Source of the DNA: an uncultured delta proteobacterium
Lineage (GTDB): Bacteria > Myxococcota > Kuafuiibacteriia > Kuafuiibacteriales > Kuafuiibacteriaceae
Direction of reading: 5' to 3'
Length of the DNA stretch: 64,000 nt
Assembly: GCA_963803435.1 (NCBI GenBank)
Contig: CAWDML010000007.1
Location: 320,001-384,000, forward strand
Shown here: piece after piece, positions 12,900 to 24,870 of the stretch
Layout of the letters: the number at the start of each line of letters is the position of its first letter
Position numbering within the stretch: the first letter of the stretch is position 1
Made by a program: the position numbers and the translations under genes
Notes under the pieces: generated by a model
Told to the model about the DNA's origin: nothing
Databases searched by the model: none
What the model saw: only the letters and a program-made list of their open reading frames with translations

Positions 12900-13308
12900 C
12901 CCGAGGATCAAGCCGAGCCTGACCGCGTGCGGACCTGGGAACTGCGGGGATCTCGTCAGTGGTCGGCGCGGGGCCCCACCCCTGCGGCCGAGCTCGCGGA
13001 GGCGGGGCAGCTCGGCGTGGAGCGCATTGCCCGGGCATGAGGTCCGGGCGCCTGGATGCTCGCGACGGCCGAGGACGTTGATGTCGTCGACCGGGATACC
13101 GTACTCCTGCGCGAGCATACCGAGGATGCGGCCACCGCCCTGGATCATCGACTCAGGCGGGACCTTCGGCTGGAGCTCGGCTCGATCGCAGGTCGCGTCG
13201 CCGGGATCGAAGCAGCCGATGAAGCTGACACCGACGTTGTTGGTGTTGTCGTTGGCGACGTGAGCGCCGAGATAGATCGCCTCGCGCGCCTCCCCAATCA
13301 ATCCGTCG
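12900..13308 (-). pseudogene. N-acetylmuramoyl-L-alanine amidase (Amidase_2/PGRP-like), 3' fragment truncated by the IS
   Basis: DGLIGEAR..YLGAHVANDNTNNVGVSFIGCF...VLGRREH...TSCPG; the frame ends at the IS boundary CTAG. Confidence 0.8.
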
Positions 13309-13341
13309 CTAGGAGCGTGTAGCGCGTAGCGCTACCGCGAG

Positions 13342-13389
13342 CCCGGTCCCGGTCCCGGTCCCGGTCCCGGTCCCGGTCCCGGTCCCGAT
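13342..13389 (+). repeat. (CCCGGT)7-CCCGAT tandem repeat
   Basis: Directly visible hexamer array just inside the left IR. Confidence 0.95.
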
Positions 13390-13394
13390 GGCGA

Positions 13395-13578
13395 TCATGC
13401 AGCCCGGCGTGCGTTCATCGACTTGATGAGGCGCGTGAGCATCTCGACAACGCGCTTGAGCTTGGCTTGGCGGCTTGGACCTTCTGCTCGTTGGTGAGTC
13501 GGCGCCTCAAGCAGGTGTGGAGTGAGGCGGCGCTTTCGGTGCCAGAGCGAAGTGCCATCCGATAGAAGCGAGCCCCCG
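13395..13578 (-). pseudogene. Four-helix-bundle protein (23S rRNA IVP/Avd-like), C-terminal remnant
   Basis: ARFYRMALRSGTESAASLHTC... then frameshifted KLKRVVEMLTRLIKSM. Confidence 0.7.
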
Positions 13579-14738
13579 CGAGGCGAGCGACCGTACTCGC
13601 CTCGAATGATGATCGCGCTGCTTCTGTACGCCTACTGCACCGGCATCTATTCGTCGCGGAGGATCGCGCGGGCGACCTACGAAGACATTCCATTCCGGGT
13701 GCTGGCTGGAGAAAGTCATCCCCACTTCACGACGATCAACGAGTTTCGGCTCGTCCACCTGGAGGCACTGAAAGCGCTCTTCCTCGAAGCCCTGAAGCTT
13801 TGCCAGAAAGCGGGTTTGGTGCGGCTCGGACACGTCGCACTCGATGCTCGAAGGTGCAGGCGAACGCGAGCAAGCACAAGGCGATGACCTACGAGCGGAT
13901 GGCCGAGGAGGAGAAGCGGCTGTCTCTCGAGATCGAAGAACTGCTGGCGCGAGCGGGCACGATCGACCAAGAGGAAGACGAGCGGCTGGGCGTTGAAGAG
14001 ACTGAAGAGGACATCCCAGCGGAGCTCGCTCGCCGTGAATCCCGCCTTGCCCGCATTCGAGAAGCGAAGGCTGCGCTGGAACAGGATGCCGCCAGGGCTC
14101 GCGCGGAGAAATTGCGCAGGCAAGCCGAAGAGCAGCAGAGCAAAGCGGATGATGCTCTTGTGGATCTGGTGGAGCAGAAGCGAGCGAGAACTCGAGCCGA
14201 GAAGGCAAGAGCGCAGCTGACCAGCTCGAACCATCCCCAGACCCAACTGAACGAAGTGATGGATGGCCGCATCATCGCGTTCCTGCAAATGTGGACGGCA
14301 CACCGAGGCCCAACGCTCAGAGGAACTTCATCGACTCAGACAGCAGGATCATGTTGAAGGAGGGAGCGTACCTCCAGGCCTACAATGCCCAAGTTGTCGT
14401 AGATGAGCACGCTCAGGTGATTGTCGCCGACGGGGTCAGCAACCAGGCACCTGATCAGTGATCAGCAACACCTCGTCCCGATGTTCCAGCCCACACCTGC
14501 CTCGCTCGCTCGCAAGCGAATGCGAGACAAGTTGCAAACGCGCGACGGCAAGGCGGTCTACCCCCGCAGGAAGAGTATCGTCGAACCGGCGCTCGGACAG
14601 ATCAAAGGGGTACGAGGATTCCGCCGGTTCTCGCTCCGCTCCTTCTTCAAGGTACGAGCCGAGGGGACGCTCGTCTGCCTCACCCACAACCTGCTCAAGC
14701 TCTACCGATCGAAGCTCGCGACCGTCGCGAGCGTCTGA
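13575..14738 (+). pseudogene. IS1182-family transposase, frameshifted and deleted
   Basis: PYSPRMMIALLLYAYCTGIYSSRRI (DUF772-like), KVQANASKHKAMTY, YLQAYNAQVVVD, YPRRKSIVEPALGQIK..GFRRFSLR..KVRAE..LVCLTHNL. Confidence 0.9.
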
Positions 14739-14758
14739 CTCAAGGCAGCCATCTTCAG

Positions 14759-14800
14759 ATCGGGATCGGGACCGGGACCGGGACCGGGACCCGGACCGGG
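14759..14800 (+). repeat. (ATCGGG)2(ACCGGG)n tandem repeat, inverted relative to 13342-13389
   Basis: Directly visible inside the right IR. Confidence 0.93.
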
Positions 14801-14830
14801 GTCGCGTGAGCGCTTACGCGCTACACGCTC

Positions 14831-17800
14831 CTAGCTGTCCTCGAGCAGCTCCGCGAACGCGCGGGTGGTGGCGAACTTCAGCAACGGTAGGTGCCAGGCG
14901 CGTTCGATCCGCCCCTCCGAGAGCGTCTTGAGCGCGCCGATCGCCGCGACCAGCGAGCGGCTCACCACCAGGCCCGAGCGATCCGCCGTCCGCAACACCG
15001 CGGCCCGCTCGGCGGCCAGCGTAGGACGGGCCGGATCTGCGAACCACCGCGACGAGAGATCGATCAACCGCGCGCGGGAGTTCGGCGGGATCGCCTTCTC
15101 CAGCGCACGACCGCGTTTCCGCGTGAGCTTGGGATCGCCGTGCGGTGCCGCCGGATCTTCGGTGCGCGCCAGCCCGACCAGCGCGTCGCGAAGAATGTCG
15201 AGCGGCAGCACCGCCAGCGAGAGCGCGCGAGGGCGAAGCAGCGAGAGCGAGCGGCCGATCAGGAACCGAAGCTCCTCTTCCGGTCGCTGGGCCGCCAGCG
15301 CGAGCGAGACCATCAGCGCCGGCTGGTCGCCGACGAGGCGGGGCGCCACCGCCTCGGTCGCGTCGTCGCGCACGTACACCGGAGGCATCTCGACACCGAG
15401 GACGCCCACCGCGTATTCGAGCGGGCGGCTCACCTGAATGCCGAGCCCCGCCGCGCCCACCAGGTCGCGCTTGCGCGGGTGCGGCTCCGAGATCTCGTCG
15501 GCGAACGCCTTCATCGGCGCATGGCCGAGCCCCGCGAACATCGCTGCCAGCGCCGACTCCTCCTCTGGATGGGGCGGCACCTTCACCGGGCTGAGCGCGT
15601 TCATCATCTGCGTGGTGATCGCGCGGGAGGCCTCGCCGTTGACCGGCATCCGCAGCTCGATCGGGTGGCCCAGCGCGTCGAGCAGCTCCTTCGTCAGGCG
15701 CGCCAGGTCATAATGCCCGCGCATCGCCCGCAGCTGCATCAAGCGCACCAGACCGTCGAGGTAGCCTGGGTCGCGCTCGACGAGCTCACCCCAGGCGTTG
15801 ATCGACTCGTCGAGCAGCTTGGGTGCCGAGGAGGGGTTCTGGGAGGCCACCGAGTCGAGCAGCCGCGCGTAGTCCTCGCGGTAGCGCGCCACCGCGGGTG
15901 CGAGCTCGAGCAGTCGACGGCTCACGGAGAGGGCACGTTCGGGCGCCTCGAGGCGGTAGCGATACAAATCGACGGCCCGCTCGTAGAGCGCGACGGCGGC
16001 CTGCGTGCAATCGCCGTCGGGCGCGTCAATCGCGGTCGATTCGTCCTCGAGGAACCCGGCCGCGGCCTTCTCGACAATCGAGGCCAGCTCGCTGAGGTCT
16101 CCGTCGAACTCGAGCATGACCTCGAGATCGCCGCGGGCCTCCCGGTGCGTGGGCGCGGCGTCGACCGCCTCGATGAGGAGCGCCTTGGCGTCGAGCCGAT
16201 CGCGCCCCGGTCCGGCCGCCAGCCGCGCCGCCCGCAGCAGCAAATCTGCACGAGTGCGGCCCGACGAGAGGCGCGCCGGGAGCGTCAGCGCCTCCGCGGC
16301 GCCGGCCGCGTCGCCGAGCTCATCGCGGTACTTCGCCAGCAGATTGGCGACGCTCAGGTCCTCCGGGGCGAACGTCTGCGCCTCGGAGAGCATCGCGGCA
16401 GCCCGCGCGGCGTCGCGGACTCCCGCCAGCAGCTGCGCCCCCTTCATCAACGCGTCGCGTTTTTGCCGGGGCTCCCGCACCAGCGCCGCCAGCTTCTTGT
16501 GGGCCTCGGCGGCCTCGAACGCGTCACCGAGCTGCGCCAGGACGTCCGCCAGGATCTCCAGCGGCTCGACCAGATTCTCCGCCAGCTGGTGCGCCTTCTT
16601 GGCCAGGCGGGAGGAGGCCGCCGGATCGCCGAGCCGCTGCTTGGCGCGCGCCATCCGGAGATAGATCGGCGCCCGCTCAATCGCGGCCATCGCGCCCTCG
16701 TGATGGAGGATCAGCGTGGCGGAGAGATCGTAGGTCCGCTCATCCTCGCCCTTCTTCTCCATCAGTGCGGAGAGGCGCTCGAGCGGCTCGCGCATCGACG
16801 GCACGCGAGCCAGCGCCTCCTCGTAGGCCGCGAGGGCCTCCTCCACGTTGGAGAGCCGCTCCGCCGCCGTGCCGGCCGCGCGATAGAGCTCGGCCGCGTG
16901 GTCCGGATCGGAGAGGCCGCGACCCGCCGCAATCAGGTGCGGATAGGCGCCCTCGTGATCCTGGCGCGAGAGCAACAGCTCGCCGACGGCCGCCTGCGTC
17001 GCCAGATCTTCCGGATCGTTGAGGAGCACGTGCTCGAAGTGCTCGAGCGCCTTGAGCTCGTCGCCGAGGTGCATCAGCGCGATCTGCCCGGCGCGGCGCG
17101 AGAGCTCGGCGCGGTGGCGCGGCTCGGCGACCAGCTCGGCCGCCCGCGCCGCCAGCTCCTGGGCGCGGACGAAGTCCTCGGCCGCCTCGGCGACCGGGAG
17201 CAGCGCCAGGAGCGCGTCGAGGCACATCGGATCGATCTCGTGGGCCGACTCGTACTTGGCGAGCGCGTCGAGGTCGTCGCCGCGCGCCGCCAGCATCCGA
17301 CCGATCTTCACCAGGAGGCGGGCCCTCTCCGCGTCCTCCTCCTGCTCGCTCAGGCGCTGGAGCGTCTCGATGGCGCGATCCCGATCGCCCCGTCGCTCGG
17401 CCACTCCAGCCAGCAGCTCGAGCGCCGGCTTGTGCCGCGGCACCAGCGCGAGCGCGGCGCCCAGCGCGTCCGAGGCGGACTGCAGATCGTAGTGAACGTC
17501 GGCGCGGATCTCGGCGATCGCCACCCAGGTGTGCGCCTGTTCGTCGCGGTCCGGAAGCGCGAGGACGCGGCGCTCCAGGATGTCGACCACGCCGTCCCAG
17601 TCGCCGTGCTCACGACGAAGGCGCTCAATCTCGTCCATCAGCTCGAGGTTCTTCGGATCCTCGGCCAGCGCCGTCGTGAGCATGTCCAGCGCCAGCTCGA
17701 TCCGGCCGAGGCTCTTCTCGGCGGTACTCGCGATCTCACGGCGGAGCTCGACGCGGGCCTTCGCGTTCTCGAGCAGATCGAGCCGGCGGATCCGTGCGTC

Positions 17801-20558
17801 GACCACGTCCTCCCAGCGGCCGGAGGCCTGCGAGAATCCGCTCGAGCGCCGTCAGGAGCCAATCGTCGCGCGCGCGTTCCTCGAGACCGATCCGCACCAT
17901 CTTCTCGGCGGCGTCCGGATCGTCGAGGTGCTCCTCGTAGATCGAAGCGATCCGGAGCCGCAGCTCTGCCCGCTCCTCGCCCTCGAGGCGGCTGAGCCCT
18001 TCGGAGAGGAACGCGACCAGCTCGTCCCATGATCCGGTACGTTCCAGGATCTCGGCGGCCTCGTCGCGGACGGCGGCCGGATCGGGGGCGCGCGCCGCGA
18101 ACTCCCGGAGGATCGAAGCGGCGCGCTTGGGCTGCGCCAGATCGGTGTCCGCCACCGCGGCCGCCTGGCGGACCAGCGGCCAGGCCTCGGCGGGCTCGCG
18201 ACCGAGGGCGCGCTCGAGCAGCAGGTCGATCCGGTCCTCGTGGCGATCGCCGGCGCTCAACATCGCGAGGAGCCGGTCGAAGACGCGCGGATCGTCACCC
18301 GCAAAGGACTGGAGCGCCTCGAGCCGTGCGATCGCCGCCGGTGGATCGACCAGATCCTCGAGCTCGACCTCCGCCAGGCGGAGCCCCATCTCGATCTCGA
18401 CCTCGCGCCCGAGACTCCGCGAGACCTTCTGCACCGTGTCGATCAGCAGCGGGTAGCCCTGCGCCCGGCGGCCCAGGCGAACCGTCTCCTCCAGCCGCGC
18501 CGTCGTCGGTTCGAGCTGCACCAGCCGGACCATCGAGAAGAACGCCCGCTCCGCCTGCCCCAGCTCTTCGGTGGCACGCACCACCTCCTCCAGCGTCCGG
18601 ACGATCCGCGGGCGATCGTCGGTTGCGGTCGCGGTCTGCAACTCGGCTTGCAAGCGCGCGAGCCGGGAGTCGACCGTGGGCGGTGGGACGGGCGCGGGCG
18701 GAGGAGCCAGGGGCGCCGCGGCCAACGACGCATCGATCGCATGCGCTTCGATCCGAGCGTCACTCACGTCGCGAGTGTCCTCGTCGATCGTGTCGGAGGG
18801 CGCCGGCGGATCGGGCGGTGGCGGCGGAGGAGGCAGGCGGCGCTGCGGCGGCGAGATCGGTATCTCGTCATCCTCGGGCGGCGGCGGCGGCGTCTGGCGG
18901 CCGGCCTCGATCTCCTGCGTCGTCAGCGGCACGACCAGCGGGACGGAGTCGAGTGAGATCGAGACGTCGTCCGGCGGCGGAGGAGGAGGTGGTGGCGGCG
19001 AGGGCGAAGCCGCGGAGGGCGGCGGGGAGGCCTGTCGCGGCGGCGGCGCGAAGTGGGTCTCGTCCTCCGGCGGATAGCCGTCGCCCTCGAACTCGGTCGG
19101 CGCCTCATCCGCCAGCACCTCGATCGCCGACGAGCCCACCATCTCGTCGAGGCGCAGGTCGTCGGTGGGAATCTTGGGGTCGGGGGCCGCGGTCTGGGGC
19201 GCCTCGCGCCCCGGCTCCAGCTCGAGGATGCGGCCGTTCGTGCGCTCGAGCGCCTCCGCATCGTCGAGCCGTTCGTAGAGGCCGGCGAGCTTCTCGAGCT
19301 GCGCGACGGCCTCGGGCGAAGGAACGAGCTCCGCCACCTCCATCTCCAGGAGGCGCGCCATCTGCTCCAGCTCGTCCTTGCGCTCGTGCAGCTTCATCAA
19401 GCGCCGTCTCGCCTCCACGTGCGACGGCTCGTCCTCCAGAATCGCCCAGTAGACCCGAGTGGCGTCCTCATGTTGGCCGAGCACGTTCGCATAGATGTGG
19501 CCGAGCTTGAGGCGAAGATACGTCTTGAGTAACGCATTCTCTGCGGCCCCGGTCACCCATTCATAGATCTGAGCCACCGTGCTCAGCTCGCCCCCGACCA
19601 GACCGAGGCGCATCACCTCATCCAGCAACTCTCGATCTTCCGGGTTCATCTTGAGCGCACGGTTGAGAGCCTGGAGCGCGCGCGCGTAGTCCTCGTGCTC
19701 CAGCTCGAAAATGCGAGCCAGCTCTCTCTCGAGGCGAATGCGGTGTGGCCCTTCGCGCCGCTCGCTCGCGGTCTGCTCCAGCACCTCGGCCAGACCATCG
19801 AACCGCTGTCGCTCTCGGAACACATCTTCGACACCCTGCAGGATCTCAGGGTTGCCGCCGTCGTCGACCAGCGCAGCCTTGAGATAGGCGAGCGCACGCT
19901 GGTGATCGTTGAGCGGTCCCAGGTGGAGCTCCGCGAGCCGCAGCGAGAGGGCGGCCCGGATCCGCGGATCCTCCTGGTTCATGATCAGATCGCCGATCAC
20001 CACGGCCACCTCTTGGACATGTTCGGTGCGCTCACCGAGCTGCTGCAGGCGGCTGATGATCCGGATGTTCTGCGGCGCCAGACGCGAGGCGGTCTTCACC
20101 TCCTCGAACGCAGCGTGCGCATCACCAAGCCGCTCCGAGAGCAGCTCGGCGATGTAGAGGTGGAGCGTGGTGCGCTCGCCGTCGTCGCGCGACCGGGCCA
20201 GGCGCCGGCGGTACAGCGCGATCAGATCGTCCCAGCGGCAGAGGTCGTGGAGGAGCGTACCCAGCGCGAAGAGCGCTCGCCGATGATCCTCCGCGAGCTC
20301 GAGGATCCTTTGATAGCGGTCCGCGGCCGTCTCGAGATCGCTGAGCTCCTCCTCGTAGACCAGCGCCGACTCGACGAGCGCGTCGATGGCGAGCTTCTCC
20401 TCACCCCGCTCCGTGAGGAGACGGGCGCGCTCGGAGAACACGCGCGCGTAGTCGGCAAAGGCCTTCTCCGCCCGGGCGGTCTCGCGCACCAGACGCGCTG
20501 CATCCTCGGAGGTGGGATCCTGGAGGAGCGCCGCGACGTGTCGCTCGAGCTCGGACAA
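14831..20558 (-). CDS. Giant TPR-repeat protein (~1900 aa) with central Pro/acidic linker (frameshift ~17830)
   Basis: Continuous myxobacterial TPR-like repeats across ORFs 17736-20558 and 14831-17806; removing one base near 17830 joins them. Confidence 0.85.
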
Positions 20559-20612
20559 ACCGACCCGAACCTACACAAAGACCGAAGTGGGCGGTAGGGA
20601 TCGACGGATCGA

Positions 20613-21794
20613 CTATTCGAACGCGGAGATGCCGGTCAGCTCGCGGCCGAGCACCAGCGTGTGGATGTCGTGCGTGCCCTCGTAAGTGTATACGCTTTCG
20701 AGATTGGCCATGTGCCGGAACACGGGATACTCGTCCGCGATCCCGTTGGCGCCCAGCATCTCGCGCGCGGTCCGCGCAATCTCGAGCGCCGCCCTCACGT
20801 TGTTCCGCTTCGCCAGGCTCACCTGGACGTGATTGTAGGTGCCGGCGTCCTTCATCCGACCGAGCTGGAGCGCGACCAGCTGCCCCTTCACGATCTCGGT
20901 GATCATCTCGGCGAGCTTCGCCTGCACCAGCTGGAAGCTCGCGATCGGCTTTCCGAACTGGATGCGCTCCTTGGAGTAGTCGAGCGCGGCCCGGAAGCAG
21001 GCGATCGCAGCGCCCAGCGCACCCCAGGCGATGCCGTAGCGCGCCTGTGTGAGGCAGGACAGCGGGCCGCGCAGGCCGGTCGCGCCCTCCAGAATGTGCG
21101 TCTTCGGCACGCGCACTTCGTCGAACACCAGCCCGCTGGTGATCGAGGCGCGGAGCGAGAACTTGCCTTCGACGTCGTACGCCGTGAAGCCGGGGAGATC
21201 GCGATCGACGACGAAGCCGCGGATGTTCTCCGGGCTGTTGCCGCCGACCTTGGCCCAGACGATCGCGACGCCTGCCACCGAGCCATTGGTGATCCAGAGC
21301 TTCTCCCCCGACAGCACGTAGTGGTCGCCGTCCGGGATCGCCTTCGTGATCATGCCGCCCGGATCGGAGCCGTAGTCCGGCTCGGTCAATCCGAAGCAAC
21401 CGATCAGCTCGCCGCTCGCCATCTTGGGGAGGTAGCGCGTCTTGATCGCCTCGGTGCCGTACTTCCAGATCGGGAACATGGCGAGCGAGCCCTGCACGCT
21501 GGCGAACGACCGCAAGCCGGAGTCGCCGCGCTCGAGCTCCTCCATGGCGAGGCCGTAGATGGTCGAGGAGAGGCCGGGACAGCCGTAGCCGGTCAACGAG
21601 GTACCGAGGAGCCCCATCTCGCCCAGCTCGGTCGACAGCGAGGTCGGGAAGGTGCCGTTCCGAAAGTGCGGCGTGACGATGGGGAGGAAACGCTCGTCGA
21701 CCCAGCGGGCCACACTGTCGCGCACCATCCGCTCCTCCTCCGAGAGCAGCGAATCGACCTGGTAGAGATCCGTCCCGTGGAAAGGCTCCGCCAT
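20613..21794 (-). CDS. gcdH: Acyl-CoA dehydrogenase, glutaryl-CoA dehydrogenase-like
   Basis: ELERGDSGLRSFASVQGSL, CFGLTEPDYGSDP, KLWITNG, NLESVYTYEGTHDIH. Confidence 0.85.
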   Translation of the reverse strand: MAEPFHGTDLYQVDSLLSEEERMVRDSVARWVDERFLPIVTPHFRNGTFPTSLSTELGEMGLLGTSLTGYGCPGLSSTIYGLAMEELERGDSGLRSFASVQGSLAMFPIWKYGTEAIKTRYLPKMASGELIGCFGLTEPDYGSDPGGMITKAIPDGDHYVLSGEKLWITNGSVAGVAIVWAKVGGNSPENIRGFVVDRDLPGFTAYDVEGKFSLRASITSGLVFDEVRVPKTHILEGATGLRGPLSCLTQARYGIAWGALGAAIACFRAALDYSKERIQFGKPIASFQLVQAKLAEMITEIVKGQLVALQLGRMKDAGTYNHVQVSLAKRNNVRAALEIARTAREMLGANGIADEYPVFRHMANLESVYTYEGTHDIHTLVLGRELTGISAFE

Positions 21795-21813
21795 ATGGAG
21801 ACGGAAGCTAGTG

Positions 21814-24800
21814 TCATTCGTCCGCTTTGACGAGCGGGATGTCCAGGAGCGGCGGAATCTCCCGGGCCGACGCAAAGGCGATCTTATAGGGTTTATAGCC
21901 GGGCGCCTCGACGCGCAGCCGGACCTCTCCGCTGGCGGGGAGGTCGTTCAGGAAGATCATCTTTCCCTGCGCGGCCTGCGCATCGTTGATGAACAGCGTG
22001 CCCTCCACCGGCAGATCGATCCGCGGCGGCTGACGCTCGAGATCGACCGTCAGCGTGTACGTCCGCCCGCGTCCGATCCCTTCGGTGATCTCGCGCAGCG
22101 CCCGCTTGTAGCCGTCGAGACGGAACTCGATGAGGTGCCTCTTCTCAGGCTCGACACGAACCAGCAGCGGCGTCTTGCCGGCGACCAGCGATCCGTCGAC
22201 CGTCACCACGGCGCCCTGAGGTCCCGAGTCGAGCTTGAGCTTGGGCCAGAACGTATTGGTGAAGAGCCAGAGGTAGCCGAGCACGGCGAGCAACGAGAGC
22301 GCCACGCCGAACGTTCCGATCACCATCGCGTTGCGGCGGAAGAAGGACTGCGATTGCGGGATCTGGTGCTGGGAGTACGACGGATGGTGCTGCGGATGCG
22401 GCTGCGGCGGATACGGATACTGGTTGGGTGGTGTGTACGGAGGCGGTGCGTGCGGCGCCTGCGGCGGGAACTGCGGAGCGGGTGGCGAGTTGGTTCCGCG
22501 CGACGCGATCGCCCGCCGCGCGGCGGCGTCGTCGGACCAGTCGAGCGAGGAGCCGTCGATCTTCCCCGCGATCCACTTCCCGGTCTCGGGCCCGATGTGG
22601 AGGCTTTCGGGTGGATCCATCGGCCGCGGCTGCACCAGCGGCGGCACGGGCGTGTTGCGCTTGCGCTCCTCTCGGGCCGGCGGCGCCGAGCGCACGTCCT
22701 TGGCCAGCGCCGGACCGTCCTCGCCCATCACGATCCGGAGCGGGCCTTCGATCGGACGCGGAGCATCCGCAGGATCCGCGGGGCCGGCACCGGCGACGTC
22801 CCGCGCCACGGCGTCGGGCTCGCGGACGGAGTCGAGCACCAGCTCTTCCATGCGCAGGCTGGGATCGTCGGGGGTGGATTCATCTCGCACCAGCGCGACG
22901 CCCGGCGAGCCTCGACGCCGGCTCGCTTCGCGCTGCACCTCGGCGGCGTCGATGCCGTCCAGGATGGTGGCGTCGCCGCTGCGATCGTCGGCCTCGGTCG
23001 CGCCACCTTCCCAGTCGTCGTCGCTCCCGAACCGGACCATGTCGTCGAGGGACGACTGCGATCGATGGGCCGTGGGGACGATGGTGGCGGCGTCCGCCAG
23101 CTCGTCGCGATCCACCACCTTCGGGAGCCGAGAGTCGGCCTCGAGGCTCACCATCGAGACCCCGGCGAGCGTCTTGCTGTCGTCGAGGTCCTCGGTCTGG
23201 TCCGCGTAGGCCGCGATGTCGGCCGCGGATACCGCGGGCGTGGCGATCGTCGGCGCGGCGAACTCGTCCTCGTCGTCGACGATCCCCGGAGCGGTCGAGC
23301 CCCCGTCCATGGCGTCGAGCTGGGGCGCGCCGACGGTCGGGTCGTCCCCGAAGTCGAAGCCGCCCGCGATGGTCTGATCGTCGAGGTTCGGCCCCGATCC
23401 CGGCGCGGCCGACGAAGGCAGCGCCGGCTCGGCCATCATGTCCTCGTGCAGCTTATTGCGATCGGTGCTCGACTCCGGAAATCCCATCGCCTCCGGGTTG
23501 CTCTTGCGGCGCGGCGCCGGCTCGTCCTCGTCGGTGTCGGGCCCGCTCGAGGGTGTGGCGGGGTCGTCGCCGGCGGCCGCCTTCTTGATGTCGGCGATCT
23601 TGAGCGAATCCTCGGTCTCGAAGTCGGGATCGACCACCGAGGAAGGTGTCGGATTCGAACGTCATCTCCGGCGTGATCGCCGGGAGCTTGTCCGAAGTGT
23701 CGATGTCGACGTCCGCCGTGTCCGCGAACGCTGCCGCCATCCCGGGCGTGCCCTCCGAGGCCGTCGACTCGTCCTCCGCAATCTTGCGCGCCGGCTTGGC
23801 GGCGAACGCGGACTTTCCGCCGCCGTTCTTCTTGCGGACCCGCTGGAGCAGCTCCTCGAGGACGCGCCGCTCCACGGGCTCGTCGAAGACCTCGCCCGCC
23901 ACCTCCCGGATCCGCTGGGTGAGCAGCCGAGAGCCGCCCTGGACCTCGCGCCGCCAGGTGGCGTTCTGGAGGGTCACGTCCTGCAGCGCGTCGCCGAACG
24001 CCGCCGCCGAGGCCCAGCGGTTCTCGACCTTCGGCTCGAGCGCTTTCATGACGATGTCGCTGAGGTTGTTGGAGATCTCCGGGTTGAACTGCTTCGGCGG
24101 CGGGACCCGCCGCTCCTCGAACATCTGGATCGCCTCCATCACCGCAGCGCCCGCGACGGGGTGGCGGCCGGTGATGAGCATGTACACGCAGACGCCGGCG
24201 CAGAAGATGTCGGCCCGGGCGTCGATCTTCTCGTAGCGCACCATCTCCGGCGCCATGTAGCCAAACTTCCCTTTGAGGACGCCGGCCTGCGTCTGATGGA
24301 TGCGCCCCTTGGCCCGGGCGATGCCGAAGTCGGTGAGCTTCACCTCCCCCTGCGTCGACAAGAGGATGTTCGCAGGCGTGACGTCCCGATGGACGATGTT
24401 GAGCGGCTCCCCCGCATGGTTGACCCGCGTGTGGGCGTACTTCAGGGCCCGGCAGAGCTCGGTCGCGATGTAGAGACCGACGGGGATGTCGGGCTTCTTG
24501 CCGGCGTGGACCCGCGCATCGGCCAGGCGCTCGACGGTGACGCCTTGGACGAACTCCATCGCGATGTAGTAGCGACCTTGGTCCTCCGAGAGATCGAGGA
24601 CCGAGACCACGTTCTGGTGGTTGAGGAACATCGAGATGTTCGCCTCGTCGACCAGCATGTCGACGAACTGGCGATCGATCGCGAGCTCCTCGCGCAGGAC
24701 CTTGAGGGCGACATAGGGTCCAAAACCTACGGGGCCCGCCTTCGCCGCGACGAAGACCTCGCCCATGCCCCCCGCCGCCAGCCGCCTCAGCAGCGTGTAC

Positions 24801-24829
24801 CGGCCGAGGCTGTCCCCCACTTCCGGCAT
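21814..24829 (-). CDS. Ser/Thr protein kinase with long acidic linker, TM and PEGA domain (frameshift ~23650)
   Basis: LAAGGMGEVF, HRDVTPAN, DFGIA, KGKFGYMAPE; downstream ORF 21814-23637 supplies the TM and PEGA. Confidence 0.9.
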
Positions 24830-24870
24830 GTCCGGGCAGTATCGAGCGGCCCGGCGCCGAGGTCCAGACG

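Larger units (their letters stand above)
13309..14834 (+). mobile_element. Decayed IS1182-family element with terminal inverted repeats and CTAG target
   Basis: Left CTAG-GAGCGTGTAGCGCGTAGCGC vs right reverse complement CTAG-GAGCGTGTAGCGCGTAAGCGC; transposase fragments inside. Confidence 0.88.

Noticed and set aside
13342-13389. Possible CRISPR or iteron array
   Set aside because: Pure hexamer microsatellite without spacers; no cas or rep genes in the window
13395-13578. Diversity-generating retroelement suggested by the Avd-like gene
   Set aside because: No reverse transcriptase and no TR/VR pair with A-specific mismatches; the 270-bp repeat differences are not adenine-specific
14891-17995. 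1034-aa plus-strand ORF and similar long ORFs (7699-9819, 21811-23676, 53170-55752)
   Set aside because: Antisense or alternate-frame shadows of real genes in high-GC DNA; Arg/Ala/Gly-rich with no motifs
18680-19060. GGC/GGA-rich repeats
   Set aside because: They encode the poly-Pro linker of the TPR protein and are not an independent repeat element
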